A stretch of 10,635 nt of DNA from an uncultured Thermococci archaeon (GTDB taxonomy: Archaea > CAYQAE01 > CAYVLA01), in assembly GCA_964549615.1 (NCBI GenBank), contig CAZJVP010000038.1, positions 1 through 10,635 on the forward strand, written 5' to 3'. The notes under the pieces were generated by a model. That model was given only the letters and a program-made list of their open reading frames with translations, had not been told where the DNA came from and made no database searches. The translations under genes were made by a program, and so were the position numbers. Below, piece after piece: positions 1 through 6,642 of the stretch. The number at the start of each line of letters is the position of its first letter. The stretch's first letter is position 1.

Positions 1-135
1 GCTCGGCGCAGTGATGTGGTAGTCTTGAGGGGTGGCAGCGGTGGGTGGTGGGTATCGGTGTGGGCGTCTGGGGGCCGCTGGTGGCTTGGACGAGCCAGCG
101 GAGGCGAATCAGCGGGGATCCAGCTTATCGGGGGT

Positions 136-876
136 CTAGGGACGGCGCGTGGTTGGGGGTGAATGGGGGGAGAGGAGGTTGTGCTTGAAGAGGCGGACGT
201 TGTCGCCAGCGACCTTTCCGGCAGTGCGGTTGCCTGCGGCGCAGGCGGCCGTGCGGATGCCAACGACGTCGGGGTCGCACGAGGAGATGGCTTGGGCGTG
301 GGACGCCCGAAGGGATCCGGCGAGGCCGCAGAGGAGGCCGCGGCGCCTTGCTCGGCGGACGAATCGGGTGAGGTCTGGGAGGGTGAGGAAGTCGAGGAGG
401 GTGCGACCGTCCTTGTTGATGGTGTCAATGAGTACGCCGGCGGCGCCGGCGGCAGCTGCGACCGCGGGTAGCTGGAAGGGAGAAAGGGAGCCGACAAGGT
501 TCCAGTCGGCGTAGGCGCAGGCGATTACTCTGACCGAGGAGCAGACCGAGCGGGTGGCACGGACGACGTCGGCTACCAGTTTCTGTGCCTGTTTGGGCGA
601 GCGGACGCCTAGGAGTCCGAGTTTGAGATAGTCGGGACCTAGGGCTGCGGCCCCGGCGGCTGCGAGGGTTGCGGTGCCGGGCAGGTTGGGGAGGTCGCCG
701 ATTGCGCAGCTGGTTTCGGCTCGGGAGGCGACTGCGGCGATTACCTCGCTGATTACCCAAGGCGGAGCAGCTCCGAGGGAGCCCTCCGCAGGGTTCTTCA
801 CGTCGACGATGTCGGCGCCGCCTCTAAGCGCCTCGGGTACTTCGTCGGCGCCAACGACGCTGACCAGGAGCTTCAT
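136..876 (-). CDS. mfnB: (5-formylfuran-3-yl)methyl phosphate synthase (4-HFC-P synthase), methanofuran biosynthesis
   Basis: Family motifs MKLLVSV, GGADIVDVKNPAEGSLGA (Schiff-base Lys), SCAIGD, DYLKLG, IDTINKDG, GLAGSL and DVVGIRTAAC. The start was moved from 978 to ATG at 876, which is preceded by AAGGTGA (archaeal SD). The 978 extension overlaps mfnE. Confidence 0.95.
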   Translation of the reverse strand: MKLLVSVVGADEVPEALRGGADIVDVKNPAEGSLGAAPPWVISEVIAAVASRAETSCAIGDLPNLPGTATLAAAGAAALGPDYLKLGLLGVRSPKQAQKLVADVVRATRSVCSSVRVIACAYADWNLVGSLSPFQLPAVAAAAGAAGVLIDTINKDGRTLLDFLTLPDLTRFVRRARRRGLLCGLAGSLRASHAQAISSCDPDVVGIRTAACAAGNRTAGKVAGDNVRLFKHNLLSPHSPPTTRRP

Positions 877-881
877 AGATT

Positions 882-1532
882 TCACCTTCGAGTACGAGGC
901 AGTATGTGGCTTGCTACTGTGTCTTGGCCTTTTACAATGCTTTCGAGGCGCTCGGGAAAAAGGCCGTTTGCGAGCCATGCATCCATTCGGTGCGCCGAAA
1001 GGAACAGGGGTAGGTAGGCATCGACCGGGGAGGACTGCAGGCGAAGGAGGTCATCGGCAGAAACCTCGCGAAGGAGCTTGCCCCCAGGAAACGGATCGAT
1101 AACTCCGTCGACCGTCTTGGCGAGCAGCAGGCGTGCGTTTAAGCGCGAGGCGAGGAAGGCGGCGATCGAGTCGGAGGTTACGTCCCACGTCTTGGGCAGG
1201 TCGGCCCTCCTCAAGAGATCAAGTGGTAGAAAAAGGGCGATCTTGGACGGTGGGGATTGGGCGGGACGGGTGGTGAGCGAAAAGGCTTCGCGACTGAAGC
1301 GGGCAAGCCGGTAGGCGTTCAGGTGCATTGCTAGGACTGCGGTCCAGTGGGAGGCACCGGAGCCGAGCGAGTGCTTACGGTCGAGGGCTCGCACGCAGTC
1401 GGCATAGCTCCCACCTCCCGTCAGGACGACCAACGGCGTCTTCTTTCGGAGTCTTACCAGCGTGCGAACGAGGTTGAGTAGGGATGGTTTGCGGGACTCC
1501 AGAAGACTCCCACCGACCTTGATTACCCACAA
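882..1532 (-). CDS. mfnE: 5-(aminomethyl)-3-furanmethanol phosphate kinase (amino-acid kinase family)
   Basis: VIKVGGSL, TGGGSYADCVR, SHWTAVLAM, LPKTWDVTSDSIAA and KTVDGV motifs. It lies between mfnF and mfnB. The start is inferred at TTG 1532 (GGGGG upstream, 10-nt overlap with the mfnF end). Confidence 0.88.
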   Translation of the reverse strand: MWVIKVGGSLLESRKPSLLNLVRTLVRLRKKTPLVVLTGGGSYADCVRALDRKHSLGSGASHWTAVLAMHLNAYRLARFSREAFSLTTRPAQSPPSKIALFLPLDLLRRADLPKTWDVTSDSIAAFLASRLNARLLLAKTVDGVIDPFPGGKLLREVSADDLLRLQSSPVDAYLPLFLSAHRMDAWLANGLFPERLESIVKGQDTVASHILPRTRR

Positions 1533-2614
1533 GGAAGGTCCCCCAGAGCACCGGCGAGGGCCAAGCTCGCGGCGGGTGCGTTCGCGGAGATGTCCTTCGC
1601 CCTGCGCCGGAAGGTGAGGTGGAGCTCGGTCTCCAAGACGGAGTGGAACGGTCGCAGGTGTCTTAGGCCGGCGGCCCGTGCAGCGGGTTCCGCAAGGGCG
1701 AACATCCCGATGCCCGCAAGCACACAGGGCAGGTCTGAGGGGTGCGGGTAGCGCGACGCGACGAGTTTGATGTGGCGGGAGACCTTCTTGATCTGGGCGG
1801 CGTGTATGTAGCGAGCGATGCAAATGATATCCTTCTGGGATAGCGAATCGGTGTCTGCGCAGATCACGCGGCTCAGCCTGCGCATTGCGCCGTTCTTGGT
1901 CTTTGGGCCCCCGTCGCTCGTGGGGACGGTGAAGTCCTTGGGCGAAATGAGTCCGAGTATGAGGTTGACGTCCGCGGTTGTGGCGAAGCTCTCAGAGGAG
2001 ACTCCCAAGTCCCGTCCGTGCAGGCGGACGTGGTCGACCAGGGTCGCCACATTGGTGCGAAGGGCGCCGGTGTAGACGAGCTCCTGGTTGGCGAGTCGTC
2101 CCATATCGGTGGGGTCCTTGACTTGGTGTTTGCCGTGCGAGATTGGGATTATGTCCGTGGTTGTGGAGCCAGCGTCGATGATGATGCAGTCCGGAAGCAG
2201 GGGTCCTAGCAGTAGAACGGGCGCAACCCAGTTAGCGGCCGCGACCTTAAGGGGTTTGGAGATCGCCTCGGGCAGTTGGGCGAGCTTTCCTGTGCTGAGC
2301 AGGAAGACCGCCGAGGGATCCACCCGGGCCACCGCCGACAAGACGAACCTGACGCCCTGTCTCTTGGTGTGAAAGCAGTCCGCCAACTCGGCGGTGGTTG
2401 TGACGAGGGTGCGGTGGGGGTGGGCAAGGTAGGGTCGGAGGATTCGCCGCAGGAAGCGGGGGAACTGCCTATGTTTCTGCCAGAAGGGGAAGTAGAAAGA
2501 CTGTACGCGCACGACCCGCGGCCTTCCTCGGCGGTCCGCGGGAAAGCCAGGCTTCTCGTAGGTGCATGCGACGATCTTGGTGTTAGCTCCTCCAATGTCA
2601 AGACCAATACTCAG
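1523..2614 (-). CDS. mfnF: (4-{4-[2-(gamma-L-glutamylamino)ethyl]phenoxymethyl}furan-2-yl)methanamine synthase; hydantoinase A-like, H4MPT/MFR-linked protein
   Basis: IGLDIGGANTK, YFPFW, TTAELADCF..KRQGV, VAAANW, IDAGSTTTDIIPI, ELVYTGALRT, SESFATTADV and RLSRVICAD motifs. The start is uncertain: there is no in-frame ATG/GTG/TTG near the conserved N-terminus, so CTG at 2614 (or 2617) is proposed. Confidence 0.88.
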   Translation of the reverse strand: MSIGLDIGGANTKIVACTYEKPGFPADRRGRPRVVRVQSFYFPFWQKHRQFPRFLRRILRPYLAHPHRTLVTTTAELADCFHTKRQGVRFVLSAVARVDPSAVFLLSTGKLAQLPEAISKPLKVAAANWVAPVLLLGPLLPDCIIIDAGSTTTDIIPISHGKHQVKDPTDMGRLANQELVYTGALRTNVATLVDHVRLHGRDLGVSSESFATTADVNLILGLISPKDFTVPTSDGGPKTKNGAMRRLSRVICADTDSLSQKDIICIARYIHAAQIKKVSRHIKLVASRYPHPSDLPCVLAGIGMFALAEPAARAAGLRHLRPFHSVLETELHLTFRRRAKDISANAPAASLALAGALGDLPCG

Positions 2615-3804
2615 CAGATGATGTTCATCTCCGCCAGTCTTCGCCTGGCCTCTTGCATCTTGGCTGGCATCTCGAGGGGATCGGTGCCGCGGACGCAGAG
2701 CATCGCGGAGCTTGCGTCCTTCATGTAGAAAGGCCCAAATGGGAAGGGAGGGGAAACCACTTCCGGGATCTCGAAGATCCTCGGGAGAAGGGCGTCGCTT
2801 GCTTGGACGGTGCGTTGGAGGGGCAGTATCGCCCACTGGGCATATCCTTGGCAACGAGGTTTCGGGCGGGATCCGTCGAGAAGGATCTGGCCTAGGGATG
2901 GTTCGATGACCTTGGCGAGTCCTATGCAGGATGTGGTCATCCTCGGGTTAATCTCCATGAAGTAGCAGTCTTCACCTTCCGCCACGAAGTCCATGCCCAT
3001 GAGTCCCTTGGAGTTGGTTAAGCCCACGATCCTCGCCAGGTCTCTCCAGATCAAGTCTGAGGATGCAAGCGGGAACGGACACGAACCGCCCTGGTAGCGC
3101 AGCGTTTGTGAAACGGCTACCGACTGGGTGTTGAGCGAAAGGGGCAGGATATCCGGAGCATCGGCGAAGAAGGTCGCGCTGAGGTGGCGTCCTTGGACGA
3201 ATTCCTGCACTATCCCCCGCCCGCGGCCACAGGAGGCGAGCCTTGCGCAAGCCATCTTGGAGTCTGCGGGGGTCCGTACGATCGATATCCCCTCGGACCC
3301 AGTTCCGTCGACAGGCTTCACTACGGCTGGTAGCCCGACCTCCCTTGCGGACTTTTCGATCTGGATGGGATCCGCCTCGACTTCGATGAACTTCGGGACC
3401 TTCAGGTACGAGGCGGCCCGGCTCACGAGTTCGAAGGACCGGACCTTGTTTGAGAAGGCCTCCGTGGTCTCGGGGGAACAGCTCAGCAGCCTCGACCGGG
3501 AGGCCGCGGAGCGGGAGATGTTTGAGAGCATGCCGTGGGACTCGGGTGCGATGACGAACACCGCTTCGTGCTGATCGAAGATCTCGTCCGAGATCTGGGC
3601 GTGGTCCTCGTCGAGGAATATGAGCCGGTCTGCACCCAGGTAGCGAGCCTCCGTGGCCATGTTCCTCGAGACGACGGCCGTGACGGAGTTGCCATCGACC
3701 TTCATGATGGTGCACAGGGTTCTAAGCATCCCAAAGCCCTCGGGCAGGATGGCTCGGCTGCCTCGGCCGCTGGCGCAGGCCCACTCGAGGACAAGCACGT
3801 CCAC
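2611..3804 (-). CDS. mfnD: Tyramine--L-glutamate ligase (ATP-grasp)
   Basis: N-terminal VLVLEWACASG...EGFGML, VIAPESHGML, VVKPVDGTGSEG, QEFVQG.HLS, LSLNTQ, YQGG..P, GMDFV and MEINPRMTTS. It is the first gene of the mfnFEB run. The start is inferred at GTG 3804. Confidence 0.85.
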   Translation of the reverse strand: MDVLVLEWACASGRGSRAILPEGFGMLRTLCTIMKVDGNSVTAVVSRNMATEARYLGADRLIFLDEDHAQISDEIFDQHEAVFVIAPESHGMLSNISRSAASRSRLLSCSPETTEAFSNKVRSFELVSRAASYLKVPKFIEVEADPIQIEKSAREVGLPAVVKPVDGTGSEGISIVRTPADSKMACARLASCGRGRGIVQEFVQGRHLSATFFADAPDILPLSLNTQSVAVSQTLRYQGGSCPFPLASSDLIWRDLARIVGLTNSKGLMGMDFVAEGEDCYFMEINPRMTTSCIGLAKVIEPSLGQILLDGSRPKPRCQGYAQWAILPLQRTVQASDALLPRIFEIPEVVSPPFPFGPFYMKDASSAMLCVRGTDPLEMPAKMQEARRRLAEMNIIC

Positions 3805-3850
3805 AGATAGCGATTTAAAGCGGATTTCTCTTAAATCTCGCGAGCAGGCC
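3805..3850. promoter_or_regulatory. Divergent promoter region for mfnD and the hisA-related gene, with two oppositely oriented TATA-like boxes
   Basis: AT-rich island in GC-rich DNA. GATTTAA (3812-3818) and its exact reverse complement TTAAATC (3831-3837) each lie roughly 25-35 nt upstream of a start codon on the corresponding strand. Confidence 0.65.
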
Positions 3851-4579
3851 TTGAGGGTCATCCCCGTCTTGGACGTTCTCGAGGGAAAGGTCGTACATGC
3901 TGTGGCTGGCCGCAGGAGCGACTACCTGCCGATTCGCAGCAGGATCACGTCATCCGTGCGCCCGGCCGATGTAGCATCCGACCTTCGGCGGCTCTTCCCG
4001 TTCCGGGAGGTCTACATCGCCGACCTGGACGCGATAGAGGGAACCGGCGAGAACATCAGGGACGTGTTTGCGGTTCGAGATCTGGGGTACTCGGTCTATC
4101 TTGACTGCGGCGTGCAGGGGGCGGGGGACATCGACGCGAACCTGAAGCGGGTTGAGAGGCTCGTGATCGGCACCGAGACGCTGCAGTCGATCCGGGAGCT
4201 GGAGAGTGCATGCAGGCTTCACCCCTGGGTTGTTGTTAGCCTCGACTTCAAGGGGGACGAGCTACTTGCCCGGGATAGGTCGTTGATGGGCATGAGTCCT
4301 GCAAGACTGGTGGAGGCCGTCTGCCAGGCAGGAGCATCCGAGTTAATATACCTCGATCTGCGCCGTGTGGGCACGGGCTCAGGCGTGATGTCGTCCCGCC
4401 TCCAAGCGATACTTGATGCGTCCGAGGTCCCCGTCCTAGTTGGGGGCGGCGTGAGGGACTCCGGGGACGTCAAGGCCCTGGAGGAAGCAGGCGCCGCGGG
4501 CGTTCTCGTGGCGACCGCAATACATTCCGGCGCCCTGACGCGGCAGGAGATCGAGAGGTTGGTGGGCTCTCCGGCCTGA
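3851..4579 (+). CDS. HisA/HisF-related TIM-barrel protein (the family linked to H4MPT/methanofuran C1 gene clusters; function unknown)
   Basis: RVIPVLDVLEGKVVHAVAGRRSDY, VYIADLDAI, VIGTETL, VSLDFKG, YLDLRRVGTGSG, LVGGGVR and GVLVATAIH. The start is inferred at TTG 3851 because the ORF-track start overlaps mfnD. Confidence 0.85.
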   Translation: MRVIPVLDVLEGKVVHAVAGRRSDYLPIRSRITSSVRPADVASDLRRLFPFREVYIADLDAIEGTGENIRDVFAVRDLGYSVYLDCGVQGAGDIDANLKRVERLVIGTETLQSIRELESACRLHPWVVVSLDFKGDELLARDRSLMGMSPARLVEAVCQAGASELIYLDLRRVGTGSGVMSSRLQAILDASEVPVLVGGGVRDSGDVKALEEAGAAGVLVATAIHSGALTRQEIERLVGSPA

Positions 4580-4601
4580 GGGGGCGAAGCCAGCCAGGCC
4601 G
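4572..4601. terminator. Possible stem-loop at the convergent gene junction
   Basis: CGGCCTG (4572-4578) and CAGGCCG (4595-4601) form a perfect 7-bp inverted repeat enclosing GGC-GAA-GCC. It sits between two convergent stop codons and has no U-tract. Confidence 0.3.
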
Positions 4602-4604
4602 TGC

Positions 4605-5582
4605 CTAGGAACGCCGGTCCTCACGTGCGACCTTGAGAAACTCTCCCGGGGCCTCCCTGCTAGACCCGATCAGGATTCGGAAGTGGGGCTCGGCTCCCGA
4701 AACCCGCTCGAGGATGCCGTGGCATATCGCTCTCTCGCCCCTGCGGACCTGGTTGGCGTAGGTGTGCGTGAAGGACACTATCTCAGAAACCTCAACGCCA
4801 AGGGCCTGGCAGCCGGATACCCCGTATCTGGCGGGGTAGTCGTGTGCGAGTTCGTCGTCCGTGACGACGCAGGTCGCTCGAGCCCTGCCCAACCTCTTGA
4901 AAGAAACATCCCCAAATCTTCCGTCGATCTCCTCAGGCCTCCTTGCCGATAACACGTCGAATCTCCTGTTGCCAAACTTCGCCCTGTCACCCTTCCTCGA
5001 TTCGTGCCAGACGAACTCCTGGAAGGAGTAGCTGGAGGGATCAGACACCCTCTTCCTGTAGAGGCGTGCGAGGTCACGGCGGTCGAGGCGAGAGAACACG
5101 CCGTGCGAGACGCATTCCCCAAGGGCATCGAGCACTCTCCTGTAGTTGGAGAGCCCGTACACGACGAGGTCGATGTCAGACGATGCTTCTTGGGCGCCGA
5201 CCAGGAAGGATCCCGTGACGCCCAAGTCGGCTTGCGCAAGGCCCGACCTTGCGACGAGTTCAGCGATCGCCGAGCTGAGTGCCGGCTCGTCGTCTTCACG
5301 CACTAGTTCATCAAGTCGGAAGGCGGGTTGTAGGTGGCGGAGCACGCTTTTCTCGGGGACGATCGTCACCTCGCGGTCGAGTTCGGGACAGAAACGTATG
5401 TACTGCGGGGCTAGGCGGGACAGGAACTTTTCCGCCTCAGCGCTCGTTCGGACCTTCATGAGTCCCCCACTGGTCCTGCGGAACCGCAGCTGAGCAAGGA
5501 TTCCCGAGGGAGGATGGAGGTTGGATACGACGGAGAAGAGGAGGCCCTCGCGAGTTTCGACGAAGTCCCTGACCCTGAACAT
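4605..5582 (-). CDS. Pol-beta superfamily nucleotidyltransferase, archaeal COG1665-type, function unknown
   Basis: N-terminal RVRDFVET.EGL.FSV...HP, catalytic GVTGSFLVG....SDIDLVVYG, third Asp in RFDVL, C-terminal OB-like segment (DYPARY...SFTHTYANQV..GE....GILE...IGSSREA.GE). Confidence 0.85.
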   Translation of the reverse strand: MFRVRDFVETREGLLFSVVSNLHPPSGILAQLRFRRTSGGLMKVRTSAEAEKFLSRLAPQYIRFCPELDREVTIVPEKSVLRHLQPAFRLDELVREDDEPALSSAIAELVARSGLAQADLGVTGSFLVGAQEASSDIDLVVYGLSNYRRVLDALGECVSHGVFSRLDRRDLARLYRKRVSDPSSYSFQEFVWHESRKGDRAKFGNRRFDVLSARRPEEIDGRFGDVSFKRLGRARATCVVTDDELAHDYPARYGVSGCQALGVEVSEIVSFTHTYANQVRRGERAICHGILERVSGAEPHFRILIGSSREAPGEFLKVAREDRRS

Positions 5583-5603
5583 CGGGGCGAATGCGTTCCG
5601 GGG

Positions 5604-5620
5604 CCAATAAAATCTTTAGC
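5604..5620. promoter_or_regulatory. AT-rich putative TATA region between the divergent nucleotidyltransferase and cofC genes
   Basis: AATAAAATCTTTA at 5606-5618. On the minus strand TTTTATT lies ~24-30 nt upstream of ATG 5582, which fits a leaderless transcript. Confidence 0.5.
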
Positions 5621-5649
5621 CTTGGCTTTCGACGCGGTCGGGGCCAAAG

Positions 5650-6327
5650 TTGATCGCCGGAATAGTTCCCGTAAGCCCCCTGAGCGATGCGAAGACGAGG
5701 CTCCAGGCACCGGGTCTGTCCGAAGAGCGGAAGCGTGAGCTCGTCATCGCCATGTTGGAGACGGTCCTTGAGGCGATGGTGGGAAGCCGGCTGGATTCGA
5801 CATACGTCGTGACTTGCGATCCTAGGCTGCTCAGGCTGTCGGCGAGGGCGGGCGCAAGACCCGTTCGAGAGCCTGGCAGGTTGGGCGCGGACGGCGCGGT
5901 CAGCTATGCGACCAAGAGGGCGGTCCGCGACGGCGCCCAAGCCAGCTTGGTCATGTTGTCCGATGTTCCGCTCGTGACTCCAAGGGATGTGGATCGGATG
6001 ATCGACAGGGCACGCAGGGTCGAAAGGTGCGTTGTCGCGGCCAGATCGAATCGAGGAGGCACCAATGCGCTCTGCAGGGTTCCGGCCGAGGCGATACCGA
6101 CTCGGTATGGTGAGAACAGTTTTATGAACCATCGGGTGGAGGCCAGGAAGGCCGGGATACCCTTCTTTGAGTTTCGATGCGCGCGAATCGCGTTTGACGT
6201 GGACACGGTGAAGGATTTGAGGTTGCTGGCAAAGATGGACCGAGAATCAAAGAGGTATCCCTTCATTTCTGAAATGTTGGGGCCGACGAAGGGACGGGAA
6301 GGGAGACCATGGCGCGATCCAGAATAG
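5650..6327 (+). CDS. cofC: 2-phospho-L-lactate guanylyltransferase (coenzyme F420 biosynthesis)
   Basis: IVPV....AKTRL, AMLETVL, SDVPL, GGTNAL, YGENSFMNH and FDVDTVKDL motifs. TTG start. Confidence 0.92.
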   Translation: MIAGIVPVSPLSDAKTRLQAPGLSEERKRELVIAMLETVLEAMVGSRLDSTYVVTCDPRLLRLSARAGARPVREPGRLGADGAVSYATKRAVRDGAQASLVMLSDVPLVTPRDVDRMIDRARRVERCVVAARSNRGGTNALCRVPAEAIPTRYGENSFMNHRVEARKAGIPFFEFRCARIAFDVDTVKDLRLLAKMDRESKRYPFISEMLGPTKGREGRPWRDPE

Positions 6328-6638
6328 TCATCGTCGAGGGCAAGACCTATCTTGTGCCCCGCAAGAAGTACAAGGTGGCGAGAAAGGGTTTCAGGAGCTC
6401 CGAGGAGACTTGGGCTCACATAATGCGGAACATCGAGGACTTCGGGATGCCCTTGGAGGAAGGTGGGCAGGAAGCGGCCAAGGAGGCCGAGGCACAATCC
6501 CAAGCGAGGGAGCGATCGTCCGAGGCCGGGAAGGCAAAGGGCTCCGCGAAGAAGCCGCCCGGGAAGCCAAAGAAAGCTCCAAGGGAGTCGGGCCCCGAGG
6601 GGGAAGGCGGGGCGCCTGGGGAAGCGAAGAAGGAGTAG
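6309..6638 (+). CDS. Small hypothetical protein: basic ~50-aa N-terminal domain with a Cren7-like motif and a low-complexity K/E/G/A/P tail
   Basis: ATG preceded by GGGAG, purine-rich codon usage typical of real genes in this window, 19-nt overlap with cofC. It ends 4 nt from the convergent gene. Confidence 0.7.
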   Translation: MARSRIVIVEGKTYLVPRKKYKVARKGFRSSEETWAHIMRNIEDFGMPLEEGGQEAAKEAEAQSQARERSSEAGKAKGSAKKPPGKPKKAPRESGPEGEGGAPGEAKKE

Positions 6639-6642
6639 TCCG

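Noticed and set aside
1-162. Open plus-strand frame from the window start to TGA at 160-162
   Set aside because: Its G/W-rich low-complexity translation is explained by the G skew, there is no recognisable domain, and it cannot be supported without upstream sequence.
877-978. Long N-terminal extensions of ORF-track calls (mfnB 978, mfnE 1823, mfnF 2854, mfnD 3861, hisA-like 3653, DPBB 7555)
   Set aside because: The extensions overlap neighbouring real genes or promoters and have non-homologous R/P-rich composition. Better starts lie at the conserved N-termini.
3851-4579. Calling this gene hisA
   Set aside because: The motifs (VVHAVAGRRSDY, YIADLDAI, LDLRRVG) and context fit the HisA/HisF-related C1-cluster subfamily, and no his operon is present.
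4605-5582. Toxin-antitoxin (MNT) or CBASS-type defence nucleotidyltransferase
   Set aside because: Its length and motifs fit the COG1665-type archaeal family, and there are no HEPN, effector or other defence genes nearby.
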